Positions 31,941 through 42,094 of a stretch of 64,000 nucleotides of DNA are shown here, one piece after another. Position 1 is the first letter of the stretch. The number at the start of each line of letters is the position of its first letter. The notes beneath the pieces were generated by a model that had not been told where the DNA came from, searched no databases, and saw only the letters and a program-made list of their open reading frames with translations. The stretch is from an uncultured Acidimicrobiia bacterium (GTDB taxonomy: Bacteria; Acidobacteriota; Terriglobia; Versatilivoradales; Versatilivoraceae). Position numbers and translations under genes: made by a program. The DNA is taken from contig CAWBAT010000004.1 of the NCBI GenBank assembly GCA_963786955.1, positions 672,001 through 736,000 on the forward strand, in the 5' to 3' direction.

Positions 31941-32156
31941 TTACTCGGTTGGGTGTTCACTTCGAGGCAACTCGGTCATGAGAGCAGCGATGATGTCGCG
32001 GGCTTCCAGCGCTCCCTTAATGACGAGTTTTATCCTCTCCTTTTCCTTGTCGCTGTCCAAGCTGAGTTGCATGAGTTCGGCATATGCAAGAACTTGGGCT
32101 ACCTTGTTATTGAGTTGATGAAGTGAATCTCTCGTCTTGTTCAAGTCCAGTTTCAT
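31941..32156 (-). CDS. Stand-alone HisKA/DHp-like small protein
   Basis: LHQLNNKVAQVLAYAELM resembles a kinase H-box; no ATPase domain; follows the NtrC-family gene. Confidence 0.6.
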   Translation of the reverse strand: MKLDLNKTRDSLHQLNNKVAQVLAYAELMQLSLDSDKEKERIKLVIKGALEARDIIAALMTELPRSEHPTE

Positions 32157-32183
32157 TTGACCACCCTTAACACCGATAGAGTC

Positions 32184-33596
32184 TTAAGCAAAGTGTCCTT
32201 TTTCCGCCGCCGATTCATTGGTGAGATCAAAGCGTCTTAATTTCTCGATGAGGGTGGTCCTCTTCAGGTTAAGGAGCCTGGCAGCTTGATTTTTGTTCCC
32301 TCCAGTTTTTTCCAAGCTCTGCAGAATCAGTTCCTTTTCCAGCTTGGCAATCTTGCCATTTAGATCAATCCCTTCATCTGGAATGAAAATATCCGACAAG
32401 GAAAAATTCGTTTTGGAATCCTGGATCTCACTGGGCAAGTCTGATGACAAAACAATGTTGCGGGTTCCGAGGAGCGCAACGGCTCTTTCGATCGCATTTT
32501 CGAGTTGCCGGATATTTCCGGGCCAAGAGTAACTCATCAACAATTTCATTGCGTCTTGAGAAACTGATTTTGTTTCGACGTTTCCGCAGAATTTCTTAAT
32601 GAAATGGCGCGCCAGCACCGGGATATCTTCTCGTCTTTCTCGAAGGGGTGGCAACTGGATACGAATGACATTCAACCGGTAATAAAGATCACTTCGAAAC
32701 AGGTTCTGCTCCACCATTCCCTTTAGATCAGCGCTGGTGGCGGCAATGATCCGTACATCGACTCGAATCGTCTCCGTTCCCCCCACCCGTTCAAATTCTC
32801 TCTCCTGAAGCACCCGAAGCAATTTCACCTGTAATGAGGGGCTCATGTTCCCGATTTCGTCGAGAAAGATTGTACCTTTATCCGCCTGTTCGAATCTGCC
32901 GATCCGCGTTTGGTGTGCACCAGTAAAAGCACCTTTGGCATGACCGAACAGTTCGCTTTCCAGCAACGTCTCTGGGATCGCTCCACAATTGATACTGACA
33001 ATTTTCTGTTCCTTGCGTGGGCTGTTGAAATGAATTGCTTTGGCGATGAGTTCTTTGCCGGTTCCCGTTTCTCCTGCGATCAGGACAGTGCTGGCGGTCG
33101 CGGAAATCGTCTCGACGAGTTGGAAGATCTCCTGGATCCTTTTACTGTTCCCGACGATACTCTCGATCTTGTATTTTTCTTTGAGCTGAGTCTTCAGATA
33201 GGCATTCTCTTCTCTGAGCCGACGCTTTTCCAACGCTTGCCTCACAACATGGGAGATTTCCAGCAATTGGAAAGGTTTGGCAATATAATCGTAGGCGCCT
33301 TTCTTCATGACCTGAACGGCGCTTTCGACGGTTCCATAGCCAGTAATGATAATACAGATCAATTCCGGATAGAGAGTCAATGCGCCCTGCAAAACGGCGG
33401 TCCCATCAATTCCCGGGAGCTTCATGTCGGTCAGAAGGATATCGAAGGGAAGGGTCTTGAGTAGCTCGAGAGCCTCTTCTCCATTGGATGAAGCCTGGAC
33501 TTGGTATCCCTCTTCGGTGAGATAATCCATAATGGCATTTCGAAAATCCGTCTCATCGTCGACGATCAGTATGGACTCAGATTTTGTTTTTTCCAT
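32184..33596 (-). CDS. Sigma54-dependent response regulator with FleQ/FlrA-like HTH
   Basis: Receiver domain, GETGTGKE, GAFTGA, HTH NKNQAARLLNLKRTTLIEKL. Confidence 0.92.
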   Translation of the reverse strand: MEKTKSESILIVDDETDFRNAIMDYLTEEGYQVQASSNGEEALELLKTLPFDILLTDMKLPGIDGTAVLQGALTLYPELICIIITGYGTVESAVQVMKKGAYDYIAKPFQLLEISHVVRQALEKRRLREENAYLKTQLKEKYKIESIVGNSKRIQEIFQLVETISATASTVLIAGETGTGKELIAKAIHFNSPRKEQKIVSINCGAIPETLLESELFGHAKGAFTGAHQTRIGRFEQADKGTIFLDEIGNMSPSLQVKLLRVLQEREFERVGGTETIRVDVRIIAATSADLKGMVEQNLFRSDLYYRLNVIRIQLPPLRERREDIPVLARHFIKKFCGNVETKSVSQDAMKLLMSYSWPGNIRQLENAIERAVALLGTRNIVLSSDLPSEIQDSKTNFSLSDIFIPDEGIDLNGKIAKLEKELILQSLEKTGGNKNQAARLLNLKRTTLIEKLRRFDLTNESAAEKGHFA

Positions 33597-33647
33597 TGTT
33601 GCATTCCCTACCGGCTTGAAGACCTTTTCTTTTCGGAATCCGTTGAA

Positions 33648-36434
33648 CTAGGATCGCCTCAGCACAGACTGTACGGCGTTCAAGAGGTCCTGCATTTGAC
33701 AAGGCTTCGGGAGAACGAGAGTGATTCCCGATTCTCTAACTCTGGCATCATCCAACTGGATACTCCACCCGCTTAACAAGACGATAGGTACTTTCTGATT
33801 GGTGGCACGGATTGTCTTGGCGATTTCCCAGCCTGTCATTCCAGGCAATCCTAAGTCTGAAAAAATCACATCATAATGGCCTGCCTTAAATAAGGCAATA
33901 GCTTCCGGTCCATTCGCCGCTACATCCACCGAGTGACCCTGCATTGTAAACATCTCAGCCATGAAATCGCGAATCACGTCTTCGTCATCGATCACCAAGA
34001 TTCGGATTTTTTCCTTTTGCGTGGCCACAGCTCTTGACCCAACGAGATCCGACGTTTTAAGAGCGGCCGGTAAAGAAATGATGCAAGTCGTTCCGCGACC
34101 CAGGAAACTAAATACTTTAATATCCCCATGGTGCCGCCGAACAATACCATAGGTAACACTCATTCCGAGCCCTGTTCCTTTAGGACCTTTGGTTGAAAAG
34201 AAAGGATCAAAAATCTTACGCTTCACTTCATCGGACATTCCAATGCCGGTATCGACGATTTTTATAGTCACCGTTGGATACGGATCGGCCTGTTCCGTCG
34301 CCGTCGTAATTCGAATCGTTCCGCCATCCGGCATCGCATCCAGAGAATTTCGGAGGATGTTCCTCACTGCTTCTATCAACTCGGACCGATTCCCCGAAAC
34401 AGGCGGAATATTGCCAGGGTCGAATAGGACTTCGAGCCGGATCCCTTCCGCTTCAAATTGGTCGCGCCAAATAGGCTGGATGCTTTTGACCGCCTCTTCG
34501 ACCACTTCATTCAACGCGACCTCTTGAAAAAACTGGTCGGCGCGGATGCGTGTAAAATCCTGTATTCTTCGAACCGTCTGGGCGCCTTGAATGCTCTTGC
34601 CTTCAATGGTCTTGAGATCCGCTTTCAAACTCTGAACATCCACCCCTGTCCCTCCTTCAATTTGCTTCAAAAGCAGTTGGGTTTTGCCCAAAATGCCAGC
34701 CAGCAGATTATTAAAATCATGGGCCACCCCGTTAGCCATTTCGCCCAGTGCTGTGAGGCGCTCGAGTTCGACAATCTGATTCTGTAACTTCCGCTGCTCA
34801 GTAACATCTTTACCGACGAATAGCCAGGCAAAAAGCCGCCCTTCTGCGGTGTAAACTGGAGTTGTCGAGATCTCGAAGTACCCTTTCAGCCGTTTGTCCT
34901 CAAACTCGACGGAAATCACTTTGTCCTTCACGTACATTTCCTCTTTCTGATGATGACACCAGGGAGATTGCGGATCTTGAAACAACTCCTCTGCTTTGCG
35001 ATTCACCATATCTCTCGGCTGTAGATTCAGCCGCCGCGCAAGCGCCTGATTTACCCGAATGATCACCCCTTCCGAATCTTGCGTATGAATGAGTTCTGTC
35101 ATCGTGTCAAACGTGGTTTCCCATTCCCTTTTGGCATCACGCACCACATTGAACAGTTTGGCGTTCCCGAGAGCCACGCTGATCTGTTTTCCGATCGCGT
35201 TCAGAATTTCAGTTTCGTCCGCCTTCAAATCCTTTCGAACGTGCCTCCCCCCGAACAAAAACCCCATTAATTCTTCATTGAAGAAGAGCGGGAGCAGGAG
35301 ATACGAGCGGACCCGTTCTTCGGCGCAAAGTTCCACAAACTTGTCGAATGAAGCGGAGACGGGGTCGTCCTCCATTTCACGATTCGTCAAGGGTTGTTTC
35401 AACTCTTTCAGCCCCGAAAGCAAGTTCCTCAAAAGTGATTTCTCTTCCAGCCGAGCAATGAACTTGGTCGAAAGATTGTGGAGGGAGGCCATGCGGAAAA
35501 CGGTCTCGTCAAAGGTAGCAATCAGAACCGCACCACAGCTCAAAACTGCCAACTCACAGAATCGCTCTAGTGAGACTTTGGAAATTTCATCAATGTCGAG
35601 GGTATGCGAAACAGCGGAAGATACCGACACGACCGCCGTTAACTCTCGATTCTTCTGCAATATTTGCTTTTCAAGAGCAACTCGTTGCGTGCAATCCCGG
35701 GCAATTCCTTGGTAGGCTATGACTTTATTCTGCGAAACAATCTTTGAAAGGCTCAGCTCGAGATTTCGCGCCTCCCCTTGCTTTGTCATGATTTCCAACT
35801 CAATCAAGTTCCTGCTGTCCCCTAGCCGCTGAGGGTGCAGTAGATCTTCAAGCCTTAACGGATCGCCCGGCCTCAGAAAGTCAGCCAAATTTCTGCCCAT
35901 GATTTCCTCGGGGGAGTAACCCAAGAATTCGCGGACACGGGAAGTCACAAAGCTGATATTCCGAGAAATGTCCATCATGAAGATCAAGTCATTGGCGTTT
36001 TCTGCAAGGTTCTTGTATCGCTCCTCGGCTTCTTTGAGCTGGCCTTCCAAATTGGATTTTTCTATGGCACTTTCCAGGATCTGAGGCAACTTAAGAAGAA
36101 AGCCTTTGCTCTTGACCACATATTCATTTGCACCGGCCTTCATGGCTCGAACCGCAATTTCTTCGTCTCCCTGCCCAGTGACCATAATGAGTGGGTGCGA
36201 CCAACCCCGGCGGCGGATTTCCTCAATGAGCTCAACCCCGTTCATCCCCGGAAGGTTATAGTCCAAGATCACAGCGGAGCAATCTTCTTCGGAAAAACCG
36301 CGGATACATTCCTCGCCGGTTGACACGGTGTGGACCTGAATTTCCTCAATATGCTTGCGGAGGCTCTTCTCTATCGCGAATGCTTGGTGGGGATTGTCTT
36401 CAACGACTAAAATCTTGAGCGGGTAAGAAATCAT
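33648..36434 (-). CDS. Hybrid histidine kinase (REC-PAS-GAF-PAS-HK-REC)
   Basis: N- and C-terminal receivers, PAS/GAF segments, AHDFNN H-box, FFSTK, GTGLG. Confidence 0.92.
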   Translation of the reverse strand: MISYPLKILVVEDNPHQAFAIEKSLRKHIEEIQVHTVSTGEECIRGFSEEDCSAVILDYNLPGMNGVELIEEIRRRGWSHPLIMVTGQGDEEIAVRAMKAGANEYVVKSKGFLLKLPQILESAIEKSNLEGQLKEAEERYKNLAENANDLIFMMDISRNISFVTSRVREFLGYSPEEIMGRNLADFLRPGDPLRLEDLLHPQRLGDSRNLIELEIMTKQGEARNLELSLSKIVSQNKVIAYQGIARDCTQRVALEKQILQKNRELTAVVSVSSAVSHTLDIDEISKVSLERFCELAVLSCGAVLIATFDETVFRMASLHNLSTKFIARLEEKSLLRNLLSGLKELKQPLTNREMEDDPVSASFDKFVELCAEERVRSYLLLPLFFNEELMGFLFGGRHVRKDLKADETEILNAIGKQISVALGNAKLFNVVRDAKREWETTFDTMTELIHTQDSEGVIIRVNQALARRLNLQPRDMVNRKAEELFQDPQSPWCHHQKEEMYVKDKVISVEFEDKRLKGYFEISTTPVYTAEGRLFAWLFVGKDVTEQRKLQNQIVELERLTALGEMANGVAHDFNNLLAGILGKTQLLLKQIEGGTGVDVQSLKADLKTIEGKSIQGAQTVRRIQDFTRIRADQFFQEVALNEVVEEAVKSIQPIWRDQFEAEGIRLEVLFDPGNIPPVSGNRSELIEAVRNILRNSLDAMPDGGTIRITTATEQADPYPTVTIKIVDTGIGMSDEVKRKIFDPFFSTKGPKGTGLGMSVTYGIVRRHHGDIKVFSFLGRGTTCIISLPAALKTSDLVGSRAVATQKEKIRILVIDDEDVIRDFMAEMFTMQGHSVDVAANGPEAIALFKAGHYDVIFSDLGLPGMTGWEIAKTIRATNQKVPIVLLSGWSIQLDDARVRESGITLVLPKPCQMQDLLNAVQSVLRRS

Positions 36435-36689
36435 TGGACCGACGGCGTTACGACAAAGTGGAATTTATCCGTGACTGCATTGACCTGAGAATTTTCAAGT
36501 AAACCATTGCCAGAACCCTTCAGAATCGGCACACTCCTCCCTGCACGATCACTAAGAATCTAATCGACAGAAAATCTTCTTCTTCTTATAAAATAATACT
36601 TGAAGTACCCGTGAAACTGGGTTGGAAGCTGCATCCTAGGAATAGCGGTGGGTAGTGGAAATTCCAATGTCAGGAGAGAGGTTATTCTA

Positions 36690-37139
36690 ATGACCATTCC
36701 AGAACGGATTCAAAAAGAGCTTACAGAGGCGATGAAAGCCAGGGAATCGCTAAAAATTGATGTCCTGCGCGGCATAAAAACGGCCCTAAAACTGAAGGAG
36801 GTTGAGAAAATCCGGGCTTTATCAGACCTCGAGGTCTTACAAGTAATACAGACCCTGCTGAAGCAGCGAAAAGACTCGATCGAACAATTCACCCTGGGAG
36901 GAAGAAGTGACTTAGTTGCCCGCGAGCAAGCCGAGGTTAAGATTCTAGAAGACTACTTGCCTGCGCCGGTTAGTGAGAACGAGCTAAGAGCGGTTATTGG
37001 GGAGGTCATTTCGGAACTTCAGGCGAGCAGTGGTAAAGACATCGGTCGGGTTATGAAGACGGTCATGAACCGATTTGCTGGGAAGAATGTGGACGGGAAA
37101 ACGGTGAATGAAATGGTCCGAGCCCTACTCGGAAGCTGA
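36690..37139 (+). CDS. GatB/YqeY domain protein
   Basis: AMKA, KQRKDSIEQF, YLP, DIGRVMK, DGK motifs. Confidence 0.9.
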   Translation: MTIPERIQKELTEAMKARESLKIDVLRGIKTALKLKEVEKIRALSDLEVLQVIQTLLKQRKDSIEQFTLGGRSDLVAREQAEVKILEDYLPAPVSENELRAVIGEVISELQASSGKDIGRVMKTVMNRFAGKNVDGKTVNEMVRALLGS

Positions 37140-37151
37140 GTACCCGCGCGC

Positions 37152-37955
37152 CTAGTGGATACGTGTTCCGGAACCAGCCATTGCTGAACTAATCGGCTTG
37201 CGAACCCGGGCATCGGCAAATACCACCTCTCTCACCCCTTCTCGAATGGCTTCTACAGCTCCAAGCACTTTCTTTTTCATCCGCCCTTGGGCGAAATGCG
37301 CGTACTGTTCAATCTCGCTGATCCGAATTTCTGAAATTAAACTGGATTCATCCTTCACATCTCGCAAGAGGCCGGGAACATTGGATAGGATGATCATCTT
37401 CTCCACTTTAAGAGCTGCCGCCAACATGGCTGCAGCTCTGTCCCCGTCGACATTGATCGCTTCGCCGTCATAACTGATCGCTGGCGGACATAACACGATT
37501 GTAAAATTGTTCTCCATCAGTAATCGAATCAAAGGAAGATTGATTTTTTCAACTTTGCCTGTGTAATCGTCTCGTAAGACTCTTTTCTTCCCATTTTCTA
37601 CGATAAGAATGGTCGACTTCCGAATCCCCTCCCAGATTCGGCCATCAATGCCTGACAAGCCAAGGGCATTAATACCAAGCCGCTGCAGTCTCTCCACAAT
37701 CCCCTTGTTGATCTTCCCGCAATAGACCATTTCAAAAATTTCCAAGGTTTCTCGGTCGGTATATCGAGATTCGTATCCGGAGACGGATGTGACCATCCGA
37801 GGAGGCTTCCCAAGTTTCTCAGAAAGGAGATTTGTCTCGGCCGAGCCCCCGTGAACGAGAATCGCCCGCTGGCCGGATTTTATCAGCGACGCCAGATCGT
37901 CGCAAACCGCATCATAATCAATCCCCAAACTCCCACCTACCTTAATTACAATCAT
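37152..37955 (-). CDS. lysZ: [LysW]-aminoadipate/[LysW]-glutamate kinase
   Basis: KVGGS, VHGGS, SRYTD, NVDGDRAAA, GRMKKK; located in the LysW cluster. Confidence 0.88.
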   Translation of the reverse strand: MIVIKVGGSLGIDYDAVCDDLASLIKSGQRAILVHGGSAETNLLSEKLGKPPRMVTSVSGYESRYTDRETLEIFEMVYCGKINKGIVERLQRLGINALGLSGIDGRIWEGIRKSTILIVENGKKRVLRDDYTGKVEKINLPLIRLLMENNFTIVLCPPAISYDGEAINVDGDRAAAMLAAALKVEKMIILSNVPGLLRDVKDESSLISEIRISEIEQYAHFAQGRMKKKVLGAVEAIREGVREVVFADARVRKPISSAMAGSGTRIH

Positions 37956-37990
37956 CCATGCATCTCAACTTTCCTTTAGAGAAGGTTTGC

Positions 37991-39061
37991 TTACAGACTT
38001 TTCTGAATCCAATCGAGGACCATCTGCGACACTTCCGGACTGCCAGCGACGAGTCTTGAACCTTTCAAACTGGAGTCGTGGATGATCCGAATCTGGACGG
38101 GAAATCCTGTCCGTTTTTCGAGCTGTTGACAAGAATCGATTGCTGCTGGGTCTCCTTGAGCGGCGATAAACAAAATCGAGTGAGGCTGAAAATTTTGGAT
38201 TCCCTTGGCCCAGGTCTGGGCGATTTCAGCCGTCGGGGAGAGGGCGATTGCAGTCCGGATCTCCTCGAACTTACCAGAAGCAAAGTAAGCCAAATCGGCA
38301 CCGATTCCTCCACCCATACAAGCAATCCGGTTGAAGTCGACCCCCTCCTTTGACTTTAACCACTTCATTGCGGCCTCTATATCGGCCGGAAACTGAATCG
38401 GATCGGTGACCCCGCTCGGCAATGCCTGAACTTTATCGTTTCCATTTAAAGTGCTTTCGCCGTGGCCCCGCAAATCGAGATTCAAGACACCGAATCCTTT
38501 GGGTAGCAAATAGTTTTGGATAAAGGAATCCCAGGAATGACGTTCTTCACCAAGGCCATGAATTAACAGGACGGTCGGGAATTTTTCCTTGGCCCCTATC
38601 GGCTTATACCAATCTGCCACCAATTTAAAGGAAATGCTGCCCCCCGGTTCGATTTCGACCCGATCGGGACGATACGACAGATTTCCGGATTTCGTGTGGA
38701 TCTCTTCCACCAACCCTAGAGTCAGGAAGTTGTCAGCCCTGTCCAGATAACGACTTATCGTCTTCTTCTCCGAAGTCAAGGTTTTGGTTTCGGCATAGAC
38801 AATATAATCGATCTTCGGATCTAGCCCATAGATCGAAAATAATCCTGACTCATCCGAGGTCAATATGGTTGTCTTGTTTTTCGAAGCATCCCGAATAAAG
38901 ACTTTGGCCCCTGCGACGGGCTGATTGGTTTTGTCCACAACTTCACCCCGGATGGTTTTAGTCGGGGGTTCCTTTTTCTTCAGAGCCAGTACCTCACTGT
39001 CGTAAAAAGCGAGGAAAAGCAAGATCCCGATCATGAGCTTGGCGAAAATCCGATGATCCAT
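37991..39061 (-). CDS. Secreted protein: carboxypeptidase-regulatory-like domain plus alpha/beta-hydrolase fold
   Basis: Signal peptide, IRGEVVD...VAGAKV, LIHGLG, DLRGHGES; GGGIG at the nucleophile elbow. Confidence 0.75.
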   Translation of the reverse strand: MDHRIFAKLMIGILLFLAFYDSEVLALKKKEPPTKTIRGEVVDKTNQPVAGAKVFIRDASKNKTTILTSDESGLFSIYGLDPKIDYIVYAETKTLTSEKKTISRYLDRADNFLTLGLVEEIHTKSGNLSYRPDRVEIEPGGSISFKLVADWYKPIGAKEKFPTVLLIHGLGEERHSWDSFIQNYLLPKGFGVLNLDLRGHGESTLNGNDKVQALPSGVTDPIQFPADIEAAMKWLKSKEGVDFNRIACMGGGIGADLAYFASGKFEEIRTAIALSPTAEIAQTWAKGIQNFQPHSILFIAAQGDPAAIDSCQQLEKRTGFPVQIRIIHDSSLKGSRLVAGSPEVSQMVLDWIQKSL

Positions 39062-39098
39062 TGCCGTCTCCATTCCCCGAGGATACTGCACTAAAAGG

Positions 39099-39494
39099 CT
39101 ATTTCTTCGACGACTCTAACTCAAATTTCAGGATAATGTTCTGTCGCTCGTCCTGTACAAACGAAACCGTTCCCTGGGATGATGCGAACCCTGCCCGTGT
39201 CCCATGAACTACGAAAGTATGGCGACCGGGCGGAAGACGCAGCGCAAATTCACCTCGTGCATCGGAGACCGTTTGCCACTTCTTCACTTTGCCGTGCTTT
39301 TCTTCATTCGTTTGCATCTCTACGCGAATCGTTGCTCCAGGCAAGCTAAATCCCTCGTCATTGGTGCAAGTCCCCACCAGAAGGGCAAAGGGTTCCGGTT
39401 CCTTTTCTTTTGCCACTAGGCTGGCTTCCTGCAAGAAAATAAGAACTCCACAAAGCCCCATCCCTAGGACTGTTTTTTTCCAGGGCCCACTCAT
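39099..39494 (-). CDS. Secreted carboxypeptidase-regulatory-like domain protein
   Basis: Signal peptide, GFSLPGATI, SDARGEFALRLPPG. Confidence 0.75.
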   Translation of the reverse strand: MSGPWKKTVLGMGLCGVLIFLQEASLVAKEKEPEPFALLVGTCTNDEGFSLPGATIRVEMQTNEEKHGKVKKWQTVSDARGEFALRLPPGRHTFVVHGTRAGFASSQGTVSFVQDERQNIILKFELESSKK

Positions 39495-39597
39495 TTTCTT
39501 TCTTGTGGCGCTCATCATTCCATGGCACATGCTGAAACTTACCCCAAAAAACGGATGCTTAAAAGTAACACACCATCTCCGGGCCTGCATCTCGGGC

Positions 39598-40641
39598 TTA
39601 GATGGGGTGGAGTCCCGCAAATTCCAATCCGGTCTGCTCTTCCCAACGGTACATCACGTTCATGGCCTGTACCCCATTCCCGGCAGCCCCTTTCATCAAA
39701 TTATCCAGCGCCGAAAGAACGACGAGTCTGTTTTCGTGCGGGTCAAGTTCGAATCCGACATCACAATAATTTGAACCAATTAATAATTTGGGTTCAGGGT
39801 AACGGTAGATCCCGTTCTTTTCTTTGACAATTCGAATAAAGGGCTCATCCCGGTAAACGCTCCGATAGATCTTCCACAATTCTCTTTCCTCGGTTGATTG
39901 CCGGAGGGAGACATGGGCAGTGGAAAGAATACCTCGCACCGCATCGGTGGCCGTAGCTGAGAAATGAATGCGAGGAGTCTCTCCCTCAAAAGTCAGTTCC
40001 TGCCGAATTTCCGCCGTATGTCGATGGCCTGTGGGTTGGAACGAACGCATGGCTCCGCTCCGTTCGGGATGATGAGAAGATAGGCTGGATTTGTTTCCGG
40101 CGGCAGACGATCCGACTTTGCCTTCGATATAAACGTGGCTAGGGTCGGCTATTCCACTCTTAAAGAGCGGATATAACCCCAGGATAGCCGCAGTGGCCAA
40201 ACAGCCAGCACCGGTCACCAGAGTCGCATTCCGGATCGCTTCACGATGTAATTCCGGGATGCCATAAACGGCTTGTTGCAAGTAGCTGGGGTTACTATGT
40301 TCATGTCCATACCAGACAGAATAATCCGCTCCATTGCGCAAACGAAAATCGGCAGAAAGGTCGATGGCTCGCTCAGCCAAAACCAGGAATTCGGAAATAC
40401 GTGTCATCGCCATGCCGTGGGGAAGACACAGGAATATTAGATCCGATTTTTTGAGGTCCGCACTGGCAATGAACTTTAAATCGGTACGCTTTCGCAAATT
40501 GGGGTGAACGGAATAGACAAATTTCCCGGCATTCGATTCGGAGGTTACCTGGCTCACCTCTACTTGAGGGTGACTCAACAAAAGCCGTAACGTCTCTCCA
40601 CCCGTATACCCTGAAGCACCGACGATAGAAACCGAAAGCAT
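39598..40641 (-). CDS. lysY: [LysW]-aminoadipate-6-phosphate reductase (ArgC family)
   Basis: GASGYTG, AGC, GSSAAG, SSHHPER, HRHTAE, DNLMKGAAG. Confidence 0.88.
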   Translation of the reverse strand: MLSVSIVGASGYTGGETLRLLLSHPQVEVSQVTSESNAGKFVYSVHPNLRKRTDLKFIASADLKKSDLIFLCLPHGMAMTRISEFLVLAERAIDLSADFRLRNGADYSVWYGHEHSNPSYLQQAVYGIPELHREAIRNATLVTGAGCLATAAILGLYPLFKSGIADPSHVYIEGKVGSSAAGNKSSLSSHHPERSGAMRSFQPTGHRHTAEIRQELTFEGETPRIHFSATATDAVRGILSTAHVSLRQSTEERELWKIYRSVYRDEPFIRIVKEKNGIYRYPEPKLLIGSNYCDVGFELDPHENRLVVLSALDNLMKGAAGNGVQAMNVMYRWEEQTGLEFAGLHPI

Positions 40642-40804
40642 GTTCCTCCTAGCAAACTACGTTTGATCGCTTCAATCCCTGCTGCCTCGTGGGTCCGGAG
40701 TGGAAGGTATCCCATAGATCTCCCTCCTTCGGGCTCCTGCCAATCAAAGCTTAACGGCCGCGAGGACACATTGTCGAGCAGGAAGACTCGAATGGCTGAA
40801 TGGA

Positions 40805-41653
40805 CTAGTCACCCGCGCTGGCGACCTGGATAACATAGTCGATCACTTTCGCAGGGATGTTGACTCCGGTGGTGTCGATAGAGTTTCTGAACTCCATCGT
40901 GTAATTGACTTCATTGACAAGGAGTCCACGTTCGGTCTCAAAAAGGTCAATAGCCAGCACACCGCCACCAACGGCCCGGGCTGCCTCCAAGGAAAGTCGA
41001 TTGAGTTCTGGGGTAATCAGGCAGTTCTGGGCTTTTCCGCCTCGCGCCGTATTCGTAATCCAATGAGAGGAATACCGGTAGATCGCACAGATCGTTTCGT
41101 CACCGACAACGAAGCTCCGGATATCCCTTCCTTCCTTGGGGATATACTCTTGAATATAGAAGATCGAATGGTGATAAGAGCCCAATATCTCCTTATGCTC
41201 AAGAATCGCCTCTGCAGCCTCCCGATCGTTGACCTTCGACAACAACCGCCCCCATGAACCAACCGCCGGCTTGAGTACCACAGGATAGCCCAACTCTTCA
41301 ATCGCCTGAAGCGCCGACTCCGGAGTGAATGCCAGAATCGTCTGGGGAGAAGGGACTCCTCTTTTGATCAATGCATTCGTGGTCAAGAACTTATTTCCGC
41401 ATGTATCCGCTACCTCGAAGCGGTTCACTGTCTTTACGCCCCAGTCATTCAATACTTTGAGAGCATAAAGCGCACGCGAGTGGTTGACACAGCGTTCGAG
41501 CACCACATCAAAATCCATGTGCTTGGAATTCAAGCGAAAAATCAGCTCGCGATCATCTAATATCTGAAGGTCGATTTGTCGAGAACGAAACTCGTCGATA
41601 AGAAGTTTCTCTTCCTTGCGAACAATCGAACATAAGAGTGCAATTTTCATCAT
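40805..41653 (-). CDS. lysX: LysW ligase, ATP-grasp LysX/ArgX family
   Basis: [36 protein letters not shown]. Confidence 0.92.
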   Translation of the reverse strand: MMKIALLCSIVRKEEKLLIDEFRSRQIDLQILDDRELIFRLNSKHMDFDVVLERCVNHSRALYALKVLNDWGVKTVNRFEVADTCGNKFLTTNALIKRGVPSPQTILAFTPESALQAIEELGYPVVLKPAVGSWGRLLSKVNDREAAEAILEHKEILGSYHHSIFYIQEYIPKEGRDIRSFVVGDETICAIYRYSSHWITNTARGGKAQNCLITPELNRLSLEAARAVGGGVLAIDLFETERGLLVNEVNYTMEFRNSIDTTGVNIPAKVIDYVIQVASAGD

Positions 41654-41779
41654 GATTGCCAAAAAATAAAAAAACCACAGCAGCTTCAAGACCCCCCTTT
41701 AGGGGTGTATCTTGATTTTGTCTGTGGTTACAAACACGAACACAGAGTCGAAAATCAAGGGAAGACGTCACTTTCCAGC

Positions 41780-41941
41780 CTATTCTCCCCAATCTTCCTC
41801 TTCTTGCGGCGCCACTTCTAACTCAACCGGATCTGTTCCGACCACTTCCAAATCCGCACCGCAATCGGGACAATTGACAATCTCACCTTTTTCGACATCT
41901 TCTAATTCGATATCTGCCTCGCACTCGGGACAGTATGCCAC
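41780..41941 (-). CDS. lysW: Amino-group carrier protein LysW
   Basis: Hand-translated GTG-start 53 aa [53 protein letters not shown]; GGAGG RBS; EDWGE C-terminus. Confidence 0.97.
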   Translation of the reverse strand: MAYCPECEADIELEDVEKGEIVNCPDCGADLEVVGTDPVELEVAPQEEEDWGE

Positions 41942-42094
41942 GACTCCTACCTCCTTAAACTTTCATAAAAATTCATCCGAGTGATCGACGAAGTTCCTGA
42001 ACTCAAGCGTCTCATCCAGGAATTATCCCCCTGCGCAGCCACTCGGATAGGAACCCTCAATCGATTCAAACAATAAAGGGCTCACCAATTCCTC

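Noticed and set aside
41687-41714. Hairpin between lysW and lysX as a terminator
   Set aside because: The stem is imperfect and the T-tract is about 12 nt away; it could tune LysW levels but cannot be supported from sequence alone.
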